A stretch of 64,000 nucleotides of DNA from an uncultured Acidimicrobiales bacterium (GTDB taxonomy: Bacteria > Actinomycetota > Acidimicrobiia > Acidimicrobiales > SHLQ01). Location of the stretch: the NCBI GenBank assembly GCA_964390555.1, contig CAYMJU010000086.1, positions 7,661-71,660 on the forward strand. Reading direction: 5' to 3'. The notes beneath the pieces are model-generated. The model worked only from the letters and a program-made list of their open reading frames with translations, ran no database searches and was not told the DNA's origin. Positions 43,668 through 53,459 of this stretch are shown here, in pieces (positions within the stretch are counted from its first letter, which is position 1; each line of letters starts with the position of its first letter). The translations under genes were made by a program, and so were the position numbers.

Positions 43668-45337
43668 CCGTCTGGCCCGCGTCCCCGGTGGTCGACGCCG
43701 GCGCCGCCTTGCCGTCGACGTTGCCCGAGCTGTTGGCGGCTCGGGCGGCCGAGCGGTGCGACCACCCGCTGCTGATCTGCGACGACGAGGTCCTCACGTT
43801 CGCCGAGACCGAGCGCCGGTCGGCGGTCCTCGCCCGGGGGTTGCTGGCCGCCGGCGCCGGGAAGGGAACCCACATCGGCTTGTTCTTCCCGAACGGCGCC
43901 GATTTCGTCGTCGCGGCGATGGCGGTCGCCCGAATCGGCGCGGTCGTCTTGCCGCTGTCGACGCTTTCCACCGCAGCGGAGCTCCGGACCTTGCTGCGCA
44001 GCGCCGACATCGAGATCCTCATCGCCTCGGCGACCTATCGTGGCAAGGACCACGTCGCGCTGATCCACGAAGCGCTGATTCACGAAGCGCTGATTCACGA
44101 CGCGGTCGATGGTCTCGGCCTCGACGTGGCGCCGCCCCTGTATCTTCCGGCGGTGCCGGCGTTGCGTCGGGTGGTGGTCGACTCGCCCGCCCCAGGCATC
44201 GGCACCGCGTCGACGGTGGAGGCACTGATCGCCGAGGGCGAGTCGGTAGAACTCGCGGTGCTGGCCGCCGCCGAGGCCCTGGTGCGACCCGGCGACCGGT
44301 TGGTCATCGTGCACACGTCGGGTTCGACGAGTGCACCGAAAGGCGTGATCCACCAGCACGGGCCGCTGATCCGCCACCAGGACAACCTCAACGCCCTCCG
44401 CGGCTACCAGCGGCACGAGATCCTGTTCTCGAACTCCCCGTTTTTCTGGATCGGCGGGTTCGCGTACAGCCTGCTCGCCACGCTGGTGGCTGGCGCCACG
44501 CTGGTGTGTTCGAACGCTACCGATCCCTCGGGCACGCTGGACGTCCTCGAACGGGTCCGGCCCACGATGGTCAACGGGTTCGCCCAGAGCGTCGCTCACC
44601 TCGGCGCCCACCCTTCGTTCCCCGGGCGCGATCTCTCGTCGATCCGTCGGGGAAACCTGTGGCCGATCATGCCGCCAGATGTCCGGGCCGCCGATCCGGA
44701 ACTTCGGCACAACCTGTTCGGCATGACCGAGACGGGAAGCGTGTGCCTGGCCAGCGACGACGAGTCCGACCAGCCCGAGCATCGGCGGGGTTCGTTCGGC
44801 AAGCCCGTGCCGGGGTTCACCGCCCGCGTCGTCGACACCGACTCGGGCGCCGAATGTGTCACCGGCGAGGTGGGGGAGCTGTGGCTTCGAGGCCCGTTCC
44901 TGATGGAGGGCTACTACGGCCGGGAACGTCACGAGACCTTCGAGCGCGACGGCTGGTACCGCACCGGAGACCTCTTCCACGTCGATCCCGAGGGGTTCTT
45001 CTACTTCACCGGCCGTCGAGGCGACATGATCAAGACCGCGGGCGCGAACGTTTCGCCTCGCGAGGTCGAGGGCGCGATCGCGGACCTGACCGGCCTCGTG
45101 GCCCACGTCGTCGGCGTCGACGACGCGGCGAGGGGCCAGATCGTGGCGGCGGCCGTGCGGGTACCCGCGGGCCAGGCCGGACCCGAGCTCGACGAGCTGC
45201 GTCGCGCCCTGCGGACTCGGCTCTCGGCGTACAAGGTGCCCCAGCGAATCCTCGTCCTGGCCGACGCCGACGTGCCGATGCTGTCGAGCGGCAAACTCGA
45301 CGCCCGGGCGTTGAAGGAGCTCTTCGGTGCCCTTTGA
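43664..45337 (+). CDS. Acyl-CoA synthetase (AMP-dependent ligase)
   Basis: GTG 43664 overlaps the upstream TGA (GTGA). AMP motif: IVHTSGSTSAPKGVIH. C-terminal GWYRTGDLFHVDPEGFFYFTGRRGDMIK. Confidence 0.9.
   Translation: MTVWPASPVVDAGAALPSTLPELLAARAAERCDHPLLICDDEVLTFAETERRSAVLARGLLAAGAGKGTHIGLFFPNGADFVVAAMAVARIGAVVLPLSTLSTAAELRTLLRSADIEILIASATYRGKDHVALIHEALIHEALIHDAVDGLGLDVAPPLYLPAVPALRRVVVDSPAPGIGTASTVEALIAEGESVELAVLAAAEALVRPGDRLVIVHTSGSTSAPKGVIHQHGPLIRHQDNLNALRGYQRHEILFSNSPFFWIGGFAYSLLATLVAGATLVCSNATDPSGTLDVLERVRPTMVNGFAQSVAHLGAHPSFPGRDLSSIRRGNLWPIMPPDVRAADPELRHNLFGMTETGSVCLASDDESDQPEHRRGSFGKPVPGFTARVVDTDSGAECVTGEVGELWLRGPFLMEGYYGRERHETFERDGWYRTGDLFHVDPEGFFYFTGRRGDMIKTAGANVSPREVEGAIADLTGLVAHVVGVDDAARGQIVAAAVRVPAGQAGPELDELRRALRTRLSAYKVPQRILVLADADVPMLSSGKLDARALKELFGAL
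44057..44101 (+). repeat. In-frame 15-bp x3 tandem repeat in the acyl-CoA synthetase gene
   Basis: GCGCTGATCCACGAA / GCGCTGATTCACGAA / GCGCTGATTCACGAC encodes ALIHE-ALIHE-ALIHD. Confidence 0.9.
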
Positions 45338-46922
45338 CCTGCCGACACTTCCCGAGCCGCTGACATTGCCGGCCCTGCTGGCCCGCAATCGCCGCGCGGC
45401 CGGCAACGAGGCCGTCGTCGTGACGGAGGACCGGTCGATGACCCACGCCGACCTCGACGAGCAAAGCCGGGCGTTGGCTCGCCACCTGGTCGCCGTCGGC
45501 GTCGGCAAGGGCGCTCGGGTCGGGATCGTTCTGCCGAACGGGATCGACTGGGCGCTGACCGCCGCGGCCGCCGCCCGCGTCGGCGGGGTGCTGGTGCCGC
45601 TCAGCACCTTGCTGCGCCCACCCGAGCTCGAGGCTCAGCTCGGCGTGGCCGGCGTGACCCACCTCGTTGTCGCCGAGGAGTTCCGTGGTCGGTCCTACCT
45701 GGCCGACCTCGACGAGATCGCCCCTGGGCTGATGGTCGAGCTGGCCGCGGGTCGGCGCCACCCGCGACTGCCGCTGCTGCGCTACGTGGAGGTGGCCCCC
45801 CGAACGAGCAGCGGGCCCGAGGTCGTCGCGAGCGAGGCGCTCGTCGATGGGCTCGAAGCGGCGGTGCGTCCCGCTGACGACTTCGTCATCTTGTTCACCT
45901 CGGGGAGTCGCGGGGTCCCCAAGGCCACCATCCACACGCACGGCAGCGGCTTGCGAGCGCCGGCCGCCAGCCTGGCCGCTCGACGCGTCGGCCGAGGCGA
46001 GCGGCTCTACATCCCGATGCCGTTCTTTTGGACCGGAGGGTTCTCCCAAGGCCTGTTGTCGGTGCTCGTCGCCTGCGCCACGCTCATCACCGAGGCGGTT
46101 CCCGAGCCAGAACGCACCTTGCGGTTGTTGGAACGCGAACGGGTCACGTTGTTCCGGGGTTGGCCCGACCAAGCTGTCCGCCTGGCCGCGCACCCGAGCT
46201 TCGCGTCGGCCGACCTGGCCTGGCTGGGTCCGGCCAGCCTGCCCGCGGTCTTGCCGCCCGAGCAGCGCAGCGCTCCCGGCGCTCGGGCGCAGCTGTTCGG
46301 GATGACCGAGACCAACGGGCCGTGGTGTGGTGACCGCCTCGACATCGATCTCCCCCGCGAGGCGTGGGGGAGCTGTGGGCGCCCGTTCGCCGGGGTCGAG
46401 CTCCGGATCGTGGATGTCGAGACCGGTGCCGAATGCCCGCCCGGGGTCTCCGGCGAGATTCGACTGGGGGGCGTCAACGTGATGCGAGGCATGAGCGGCC
46501 GGACGCGCGACGAGGTCTTCGACGTCGACGGCTTCTATCCGACCGGGGACCTCGGCTCTCGCGATGCCGCCGGGTACGTGCGCTACCACGGTCGCCGCGA
46601 CGACATGTTCAAGGTCCGCGGCGCCACCGTGTACCCGTCCGAGGTCGAGGCTGCGCTTCGGACCATCGAGGGTGTTGCGCAGGCCCACGTCGCGAGCGTG
46701 ACGGGCGACGACGGTGCCGCGGCCGTCGGGGCCCTCGTCGTGACCAGGCTCGGCGTCTCCGAGCTGGTCGAGCACGCCCGGTCCCGGCTCAGCTCGTTCA
46801 AGGTCCCGACCCTCTGGGTGGTGACGCTCGACGCCGACGTGGTACCCATGACCGCCACGGCCAAGGTGGACAAGAGCAAGCTCCAGCAGATTCTGGCCGA
46901 GTCCGGCACGGGAGAGCGATGA
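45327..46922 (+). CDS. Acyl-CoA synthetase (AMP-dependent ligase)
   Basis: GTG 45327 overlaps the upstream gene end by 11 nt. AMP motif: ILFTSGSRGVPKATIH. C-terminal GFYPTGDLGSRDAAGYVRYHGRRDDMFK. Confidence 0.9.
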   Translation: MPFDLPTLPEPLTLPALLARNRRAAGNEAVVVTEDRSMTHADLDEQSRALARHLVAVGVGKGARVGIVLPNGIDWALTAAAAARVGGVLVPLSTLLRPPELEAQLGVAGVTHLVVAEEFRGRSYLADLDEIAPGLMVELAAGRRHPRLPLLRYVEVAPRTSSGPEVVASEALVDGLEAAVRPADDFVILFTSGSRGVPKATIHTHGSGLRAPAASLAARRVGRGERLYIPMPFFWTGGFSQGLLSVLVACATLITEAVPEPERTLRLLERERVTLFRGWPDQAVRLAAHPSFASADLAWLGPASLPAVLPPEQRSAPGARAQLFGMTETNGPWCGDRLDIDLPREAWGSCGRPFAGVELRIVDVETGAECPPGVSGEIRLGGVNVMRGMSGRTRDEVFDVDGFYPTGDLGSRDAAGYVRYHGRRDDMFKVRGATVYPSEVEAALRTIEGVAQAHVASVTGDDGAAAVGALVVTRLGVSELVEHARSRLSSFKVPTLWVVTLDADVVPMTATAKVDKSKLQQILAESGTGER

Positions 46923-48178
46923 CGATGGCTCCGTCAACCCCCGACGACGATCCCGAAGCGACGCTGCGGGCCGAGGTCGAGGCCTGGCTGGCCGAGAGCT
47001 GGGATCCTGCGCTGGCGGTGACCGATTGGTGGGCCCGGGTCGCGGCGGCGGGCTGGACGGCTCCGCACTTTCCGCAGGCGTGGGGCGGCCGGGGCCTGTC
47101 GCGCCGTTCACAGGTAGTCGTTCGCGAGACCTTCCGGCGCCACGGCGCCCTGGTGCCGCCAGGCGGCCTCGGACTGATCATGGCCGCGCCCACGATCCTC
47201 ACCCACGGGACGCCCGACCAGATCGCCCGGCTGGTCCCGCCGATCCTCGACGGTCGGGTGGCGTGGTGCCAGCTCTTCAGTGAGCCCGAGGCCGGATCGG
47301 ATCTCGCCGGTCTGCGGACTCGGGCCGAACGCGACGGCGATCGTTGGCGGATCAGCGGCCAGAAGGTGTGGAGCTCGATGGCGCGCGACAGCGACTACGG
47401 GATGCTGCTCGCCCGAAGCGCCGTCGACCGCCCGAAGCACGCCGGCATCTCATGGTTCGCCTTCCGGCTCGACCAGCCCGGCGTGGAGATCCGGCCCCTT
47501 CGCGAGGCGACGGGACATGCGATCTTCAACGAGGTCTTCTTCGATGGCGCGATCGTCGACGACGCCGATCTGATCGGCGGAGAGGGCAACGGCTGGGCCG
47601 TGACCCAGACAACCCTGCACTTCGAACGAACCGGGATCGGCGCGGGCGGCGGCGGCGGGTCCACGTTTCCTTTCGCCGGTCCCAAGGGCGCAATGCTCGG
47701 GCTGACGGCCGGAGCGGCCGCGCGCGTGCGCCCACCCCAAGGCGGGTCGGTGGTGTTGAACCTCGGCGAGCTGATCGAACTGACCCAGAGCTCCGGGCGG
47801 GCCCAGGACCCGATCCTGCGCCAGGACCTTGCTCGGTTGGCGAGCCTCGTCAGCATCGGCTCGTGGACGGGCCTACGGTCACGGGCGCTCGGTGCCGCCG
47901 CGGCCTCGAGTGGGTTCGCCAACCTTGGCAAGATCACCCAGACGGCGATCCACAAGCTGTCGGCCGAGATCGGCCTTACCATCACCGGAGCGGCCGGGCA
48001 GCTCGCCGCCCCCGACGGGGCCGGCGGCGGGCGCTATGCCGAGGCGGCGGTGTTCGCCATGGCGGCGTCGATCTACGGTGGCACCGACGAGATCCAACGA
48101 AACGTGATCGCCGAGCGGGCCCTCGGCCTGCCCCGCGAACCCGACCCCGACCGGCACCGGCCGTTCGGTGGCGACTGA
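46919..48178 (+). CDS. Acyl-CoA dehydrogenase
   Basis: ATG 46919 overlaps the upstream TGA (ATGA). Motifs: CQLFSEPEAGSDLAGLRTRAERDGDRWRISGQKVWSS and IYGGTDEIQRNVIAERALGLP. Confidence 0.9.
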   Translation: MTMAPSTPDDDPEATLRAEVEAWLAESWDPALAVTDWWARVAAAGWTAPHFPQAWGGRGLSRRSQVVVRETFRRHGALVPPGGLGLIMAAPTILTHGTPDQIARLVPPILDGRVAWCQLFSEPEAGSDLAGLRTRAERDGDRWRISGQKVWSSMARDSDYGMLLARSAVDRPKHAGISWFAFRLDQPGVEIRPLREATGHAIFNEVFFDGAIVDDADLIGGEGNGWAVTQTTLHFERTGIGAGGGGGSTFPFAGPKGAMLGLTAGAAARVRPPQGGSVVLNLGELIELTQSSGRAQDPILRQDLARLASLVSIGSWTGLRSRALGAAAASSGFANLGKITQTAIHKLSAEIGLTITGAAGQLAAPDGAGGGRYAEAAVFAMAASIYGGTDEIQRNVIAERALGLPREPDPDRHRPFGGD

Positions 48179-48217
48179 TCGACTACGCCCAGCTTCCAGC
48201 GCATCGGAGTTCTGAGG

Positions 48218-49411
48218 ATGAACGTGTTGCCCATCGACGCCGACCACCACTACTACGAATCGCTCGACGCCTTCACCCGGCACATGCCCAGGGAGTTCGC
48301 CCGCCGCGGCGTGCGGGTCGTCCGCGACGGCAAGCGGGTGGAAGTGGTGATGGGCGACAAGGTGAACCGGTTCATCCCCAACCCGACCTTCGATCCCATC
48401 ATCGTGGCCGGCTGCCTGGACCTGTTCTTCCGGGGTCAGATCCCCGACGGGATCGATCCTCGGACGGTCCAGCAGGTCGAGCCTCTTGACCGGCACCCCG
48501 AATACCAGGATCGTGACGCGCGGCTGAGGGTCATCGAGGAACAGGGCCTCGGCGCGGTGTTCTTGTTCCCGACGCTCGGATGTGGAGTGGAGCAGGCGCT
48601 TCGATTCGATGCCGAGGCCACGATGGTGAGCCTTCACGCCTTCAACCTGTGGCTCGAGGAGGCCTGGGGCTTCGACTACGGGGGACGGCTGATCGCGGCA
48701 CCGATGCTCTCGCTCGCCGATCCTGCGGCGGCGGTGGCCGAGGTCGACTCGCTGCTCGATCGGGGGGCGCAGATGGTCCACGTCCGTCCAGCTCCCGTCC
48801 CGACCGGAGATGGCGGGGGCCGATCGCTCGGGCACAAGGACCACGACGCGGTGTGGGCGCGCTTGGCCGAGGCCGGCGTCCCGGTGGCCTTTCACCTCGG
48901 CGACAGCGGGTACGAGGGGGTGCTGGCCTCCGCGTGGGGTGCCCACGGCACCTTCGAGGGGTACGGCAAGCTCGATCTGCTCACCAAGATCACGGTGTCG
49001 GACCGGGCGATCCACGACACCGTGGCGTCGTTGATCGTCGATGGCGCGTTCGCCCGCAACCCGGGGCTCAAGGTGGCGAGCATCGAGAACGGCTCGGATT
49101 GGGTGAAGCTGCTCGTCAAGCGGCTGCGAAAGCAGATGAACCAGACGCCCTGGGCGTTCAAGGGTGACCCGATCGAGCAGCTCCGCCAGAACGTGTGGGT
49201 CACGCCGTACTACGAGGAGGACATCGTCGCCCTAACCGAGGTTCTCGGTGCCAACCGGGTGCTGTTCGGCTCCGACTGGCCCCACGGGGAGGGACTGGCG
49301 ACGCCGCTCGACTTCGTGAACGAGCTCGACGGGCTCGACGACGACACCAAGGCGCTCATCATGCGCGACAACGCGCTCGAGTTGCTCGGCCGAGTGTCGG
49401 TGGTGGTCTGA
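48218..49411 (+). CDS. Amidohydrolase-2 (ACMSD-like TIM-barrel metal hydrolase/decarboxylase) family
   Basis: N-terminal IDADHHYYE (HxH-type metal motif). C-terminal VLFGSDWPHGEG. Confidence 0.8.
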   Translation: MNVLPIDADHHYYESLDAFTRHMPREFARRGVRVVRDGKRVEVVMGDKVNRFIPNPTFDPIIVAGCLDLFFRGQIPDGIDPRTVQQVEPLDRHPEYQDRDARLRVIEEQGLGAVFLFPTLGCGVEQALRFDAEATMVSLHAFNLWLEEAWGFDYGGRLIAAPMLSLADPAAAVAEVDSLLDRGAQMVHVRPAPVPTGDGGGRSLGHKDHDAVWARLAEAGVPVAFHLGDSGYEGVLASAWGAHGTFEGYGKLDLLTKITVSDRAIHDTVASLIVDGAFARNPGLKVASIENGSDWVKLLVKRLRKQMNQTPWAFKGDPIEQLRQNVWVTPYYEEDIVALTEVLGANRVLFGSDWPHGEGLATPLDFVNELDGLDDDTKALIMRDNALELLGRVSVVV

Positions 49412-50466
49412 TGTTGCGCGTCGTCCAGTGGGCTACCGGCCCGGTCGGCCGCCACGCCATCGCCGCGGTGAACGACCATCCCGAGATGGAGCTGGTCGGC
49501 GCCCTCGTCTACAGCGACGACAAGGTAGGGCGCGACGCGGGTGAGATCGCCGGAATCGGGCCCATCGGCGTCCGCGCGACGAGGGACCCCGACGAGGTGC
49601 TCGCGCTCGAAGCGGATTGCGTCCTGTACGCGCCTCAAGGCGAGATGAACCCGGAAGGGGCGATCGGTGACATCTGCCGGATCCTGGCGTCGGGCAAGAA
49701 CGTGGTGTCCACGGCGCTGACCGCGCTCATCTATCCGAAGAGCGCCGGCCCCGAAATCGTCGACCGGCTCGAGGCGGCGTGCCGGGCCGGTAGCTCGTCG
49801 TTCCACGGGACCGGCATCGAGCCCGGGTGGGCCGGTGAAGTCCTGCCGCTCACCATGTCGGGGCTGTTCCGCCGCATCGATTCGATCCGGGTCCGCGAGC
49901 TGTTGGACTACTCGAGCTACGACAACGCGTTCATGCTGATGGACGTGATGGGGTTCGGCGGCCCGCCCGACGCCATGGTGCCGATGGCCGATCCGAACCT
50001 TGCCGGCGGGCCGTTCCGTGCCCCGCTGCTCCTGGTCGCCGACGGTCTGGGCGCCGAAGTCGAGGACTGGGTGTTCACCCGCGAGGTCGCGGTCGCCACG
50101 GAGGCGTTCGACATCCCGGCCGGGCACATCGCGGCGGGAACGGTGTCGGCCCAGCGGTACTCGTTCTCGGCGGTCGTCGATGGGCGCCCGGCGATCACGA
50201 TCGAGCACATCACCCGGATCGGCGAGAACCAGGGACTCGACTGGCCAACCGGGCGGGGATGGAGCGTGAAGATCGAGGGATCGCCGTCGATGGTGCTGGT
50301 TGCCGAGATCGGGATCGACGGCGAGGACGAGAACGACCAAGGCCTCCTCGGCACCGCCATGCACGCCGTCCACGCCATCCCGCATGTGTGCGCGGCAGCG
50401 CCCGGCATCAAGACGTTCCTCGATCTCCCCATGATCACCGGCCGCCACACCCTGCGTCGCGGTTGA
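49411..50466 (+). CDS. DapB-N-like NAD(P)-binding protein (amine dehydrogenase family), paralog of 37518-38594
   Basis: ATG 49411 shares 1 nt with the upstream TGA. N-terminus: MLRVVQWATGPVGRHAIAAVNDHPEMELVGALVYSDDKVGRDAG. Confidence 0.7.
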   Translation: MLRVVQWATGPVGRHAIAAVNDHPEMELVGALVYSDDKVGRDAGEIAGIGPIGVRATRDPDEVLALEADCVLYAPQGEMNPEGAIGDICRILASGKNVVSTALTALIYPKSAGPEIVDRLEAACRAGSSSFHGTGIEPGWAGEVLPLTMSGLFRRIDSIRVRELLDYSSYDNAFMLMDVMGFGGPPDAMVPMADPNLAGGPFRAPLLLVADGLGAEVEDWVFTREVAVATEAFDIPAGHIAAGTVSAQRYSFSAVVDGRPAITIEHITRIGENQGLDWPTGRGWSVKIEGSPSMVLVAEIGIDGEDENDQGLLGTAMHAVHAIPHVCAAAPGIKTFLDLPMITGRHTLRRG

Positions 50467-52125
50467 TCAGCAGAGGATGATCAGCTCGTGCGCGGCGCGC
50501 GACGCCGCGAGGTAGAGCTCGGGCGCGGTCATGTCGGTGGCGTCGACCACGACGGCGTCGTATTCGACGCCCTTGTGGGTCCACGCGTCGTCGCGGGAGA
50601 TGACCGCGATGTTCGGCCACCGGCGACCCAGGTCGGCTAACAAGGCGGCGCGGTTCGGGTGGTCGTGTCGCTCTAGCTCTCGGACCGCCACGCCCGTGGG
50701 CCGGATGCCGACGAGCTGCACCGCATCGATCCCGTTCCGGGTGGCGTGTTCGTTGAGCCAATCGGCGATCTCGGCCGACATGCGATAGGCCGTGGTCATC
50801 TCGACCGTTGGCACGCTGAGCAGATCGCCGATGCCACGAAGCCCGAGGCCCAGCGGGTTCGACCGTTGCGCGTCGTCGCCGACCAGGCTCAATCCGACCG
50901 AGCGGCGTTGGACGGCGCGGAGCTGGAGCAACGTGAGGTCCTGGGCCTCATCGACGATCACGTGGCCGAACATCGTCGGCACGCCCTCGATCCGGGCTCG
51001 GACCTCGTCGGCCAAGGCCCCATCCCCGGGAACGGCGAGCCAGGCCTCGATGAGATCGGTGTCAGCCCCGAGACCGTCGAGCAGTTTGGGGCTCCGCAGC
51101 CTCTTGAGCACCTGGGTCGTGGTGTGAGGCGGCCAGACGTCGCGAACGCTTCGGCTCACGTCGGCCGCGACCAGGTCGTGGCGGTTGGCGATGGTCTCGA
51201 CGAACACTCGTCGCTTGTCTCGCCACGGCAGGGTTCGGCCGCTGATCCGCTCGATCAGCTCAGACACCTCGGCCTCAGAGACCCGCCGGTGCCCGACCGT
51301 GACCGGCCCCGGCCGCACCATGGTCGTCTCGTACCGGTCGAGGATGTCGAGCCACCGTTCGTCGCTCCCGGCGGGACACGAGGGGCCGAGCAGGCGATCG
51401 AACGTCGTCTGCGTGATCCGGGCCTCACCCAACGTGGGAAGCACGGCTGATACGAACCGGAGGAACTTGTCGCTGGGACCGACCACCAGAATCCGACCGG
51501 CGGTCAGGCGGGTGTCGTTGTACACGAGCCAGGCCGCTCGGTGCAGCGCGACGACGGTCTTGCCGGTGCCGGGCCCGCCGCGCAGGACCAGCTTCGCCGA
51601 CGGGTCCAAGCGGACCAGCGCGTCCTGCTCGGACTGCAGGGTGGCGACGGCCGTCCGCATCTCGGTGCCGCGACTTCGCGACAGCTCGCCGAGCAGCGGC
51701 GAGGTGCCGGCGACCTCTCCGGACACGAAGTCCTCGACGAACAGGTCGACGATCGAGCCCACGTAGGTGACTCGCCGGTCCAGTCCCATCGGCTCCTCGA
51801 ACCGGGCCCGGTAGAACGCGGCGGCGAACGGCGCCCGCCAATCGATGACCAACCGATCGCCGTACGAGTCGATCCCGTAGAGGCCGATCCGCCAGGGCTG
51901 GTCGTCGTCGATGCGTCCGAAGACGACCAGCTCCTGTTGGTACTTCTCGATGGTGCCCCGGACGACGGCATCGATGTACTCGTCGGTCAGGGCGTCGGCT
52001 CCGCCCCCCGAGATTCCAGCGAGCTTCGCGAGCTTGGCTTGGACGGCATCTTGGGCGCGGGCGAGCGCCGACCGTTCGGATGCGAGATCGACGGCGACGA
52101 TGGCGCTCGGCTCACGCGGGCGCAT
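50467..52125 (-). CDS. helD: HelD-like UvrD-family helicase/ATPase (short, 552 aa)
   Basis: Walker A LRGGPGTGKTVVALHRAAWL, motif II HVIVDEAQDLT, and the N-terminal RIGLYGID...LVIDWRAPFAAAFYRA typical of HelD. Its stop codon abuts the convergent gene's stop (TGATCA). Confidence 0.7.
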   Translation of the reverse strand: MRPREPSAIVAVDLASERSALARAQDAVQAKLAKLAGISGGGADALTDEYIDAVVRGTIEKYQQELVVFGRIDDDQPWRIGLYGIDSYGDRLVIDWRAPFAAAFYRARFEEPMGLDRRVTYVGSIVDLFVEDFVSGEVAGTSPLLGELSRSRGTEMRTAVATLQSEQDALVRLDPSAKLVLRGGPGTGKTVVALHRAAWLVYNDTRLTAGRILVVGPSDKFLRFVSAVLPTLGEARITQTTFDRLLGPSCPAGSDERWLDILDRYETTMVRPGPVTVGHRRVSEAEVSELIERISGRTLPWRDKRRVFVETIANRHDLVAADVSRSVRDVWPPHTTTQVLKRLRSPKLLDGLGADTDLIEAWLAVPGDGALADEVRARIEGVPTMFGHVIVDEAQDLTLLQLRAVQRRSVGLSLVGDDAQRSNPLGLGLRGIGDLLSVPTVEMTTAYRMSAEIADWLNEHATRNGIDAVQLVGIRPTGVAVRELERHDHPNRAALLADLGRRWPNIAVISRDDAWTHKGVEYDAVVVDATDMTAPELYLAASRAAHELIILC

Positions 52126-52146
52126 AGAGGTCGTCTAGCGGCCCGG

Positions 52147-52614
52147 TCAACGAAGCGCTGGCGCGTCGTCGCTCAGCGTGTCGACTCGAAGCCGGCGCAG
52201 GTGGATCCTGGCGATTCTCCACGCGCCGTCTTCGCGGACGTACTCCTCGAGGTAGTGACCGTAACCCTGGAGCCCGACGCGGGCACCGGACTCGGCGGTC
52301 GGCCATTCGACGTAGTCGAACATGGCCCAGACGCCCTTGGCGCTGTCGACTCCGGTGAGCTCGATCTCGGGCATGTGGCCGTGATGGCAGGTGCGCGTGC
52401 CGGTGAGCGCCGTGCTCACGGCCTCGACGATGTTGGCGCGGCCCTCGACGACCATGTCGGCCTCGGGCACTTCCATGTGGGCGTTGGTGGCGAAGACCTG
52501 GCCCCAGTCGTCCCACTCCTTGCAGTCCATGTGGCGGAAGTACCGGGCCTTGAGCTGCTTGATCGCCTCGACGTCGAGGAGCTGTTGCAGCCCATCGTGG
52601 GTGTGGTCGGTCAT
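52147..52614 (-). CDS. NTF2-like (SnoaL-like) domain protein
   Basis: LLDVEAIKQLKARYFRHMDCKEWDDWGQVFATNAHM is typical of SnoaL_4-type proteins. ATG 52614 overlaps the upstream stop (ATGA). Confidence 0.7.
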   Translation of the reverse strand: MTDHTHDGLQQLLDVEAIKQLKARYFRHMDCKEWDDWGQVFATNAHMEVPEADMVVEGRANIVEAVSTALTGTRTCHHGHMPEIELTGVDSAKGVWAMFDYVEWPTAESGARVGLQGYGHYLEEYVREDGAWRIARIHLRRLRVDTLSDDAPALR

Positions 52615-53459
52615 GACGCCTCCATTCGGTCGAGCGCCGCCTCGAGGGCGTCGCGCCGCTGGTTGTAGTCGGCTCGGTAGGTGCCGTGGGTGAGAATGTA
52701 CGGCTCGTTGGCCACGAGGTCGGTGAGGAGGTTGCGGATGGCGTGCTCGGCGGTCGCGATGTCGGCTTCGCTCATCGGTCGTTGGGCCATCATGGCCTCG
52801 AGATCCTCTTGGCGAACCTCGGTCGGTCCGAGGTCGGCCGGCCGGGCCAACACGCTGCTTTCGAGGTGGCGGGTCATCATGCCGCCCGGGAACAGCACGC
52901 TCACTCCGATGCCCTCGGGAGCGAGTTCGTCCCGGAGCGACTCGCCGAAGCCCATCACCGCGAACTTGGTCGTCTGGTAGCCGCCGATGCGCACCGAAGG
53001 CACGAGCGCGCTCGACGACGAGGTGAGCACGATGCGGCGCCAGCCCGGCCGCTCACGGAGCAACGGCAGGAACTCGCGCACCGTGCGCACGGCACCGAGG
53101 ACGTTCACGTTGACCAACCACTGCCAGTCCTGCTCGGTCAGCTTGTCGATGGCGCCGAATTGCTGCACGCCGACGTTGGCGCACAGCACGTCGCAGCCTC
53201 CTAGGGTCGCGGCGACGTGTCGAGCGGCTGCCGCGACCGAGTCGGAATCGCCGACATCGGTCCGCACCGCGGTAGTGGGGACGCCGAACTCGGCGGCGAG
53301 CGATGCCGCGGCCTGCGCGGCGCCCGCCGCGTCGATGTCGAGTGCCGCCACCGCCATGCCCTGGCCGGCGAACAGCCGTCCCATGGCGGCCCCAAGTCCC
53401 GACCCGCCACCGGTTATGACCGCGACCTTTCCGGCGAGCTCGGGCGCTTTGTCGGCCAT
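52611..53459 (-). CDS. Short-chain dehydrogenase/reductase
   Basis: ATG 53459 lies 6 nt after GAGGGAG and opens MADKAPELAGKVAVITGGGSGLGAAM. Catalytic motif YQTTKFA. Confidence 0.85.
   Translation of the reverse strand: MADKAPELAGKVAVITGGGSGLGAAMGRLFAGQGMAVAALDIDAAGAAQAAASLAAEFGVPTTAVRTDVGDSDSVAAAARHVAATLGGCDVLCANVGVQQFGAIDKLTEQDWQWLVNVNVLGAVRTVREFLPLLRERPGWRRIVLTSSSSALVPSVRIGGYQTTKFAVMGFGESLRDELAPEGIGVSVLFPGGMMTRHLESSVLARPADLGPTEVRQEDLEAMMAQRPMSEADIATAEHAIRNLLTDLVANEPYILTHGTYRADYNQRRDALEAALDRMEAS

Noticed and set aside
52126-52146. A regulatory palindrome, such as a rifamycin-associated element, upstream of the HelD-like gene.
   Set aside because: Only 21 nt separate it from the upstream gene, and no palindrome is visible there. 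I also cannot recall the element's consensus reliably enough to test it.
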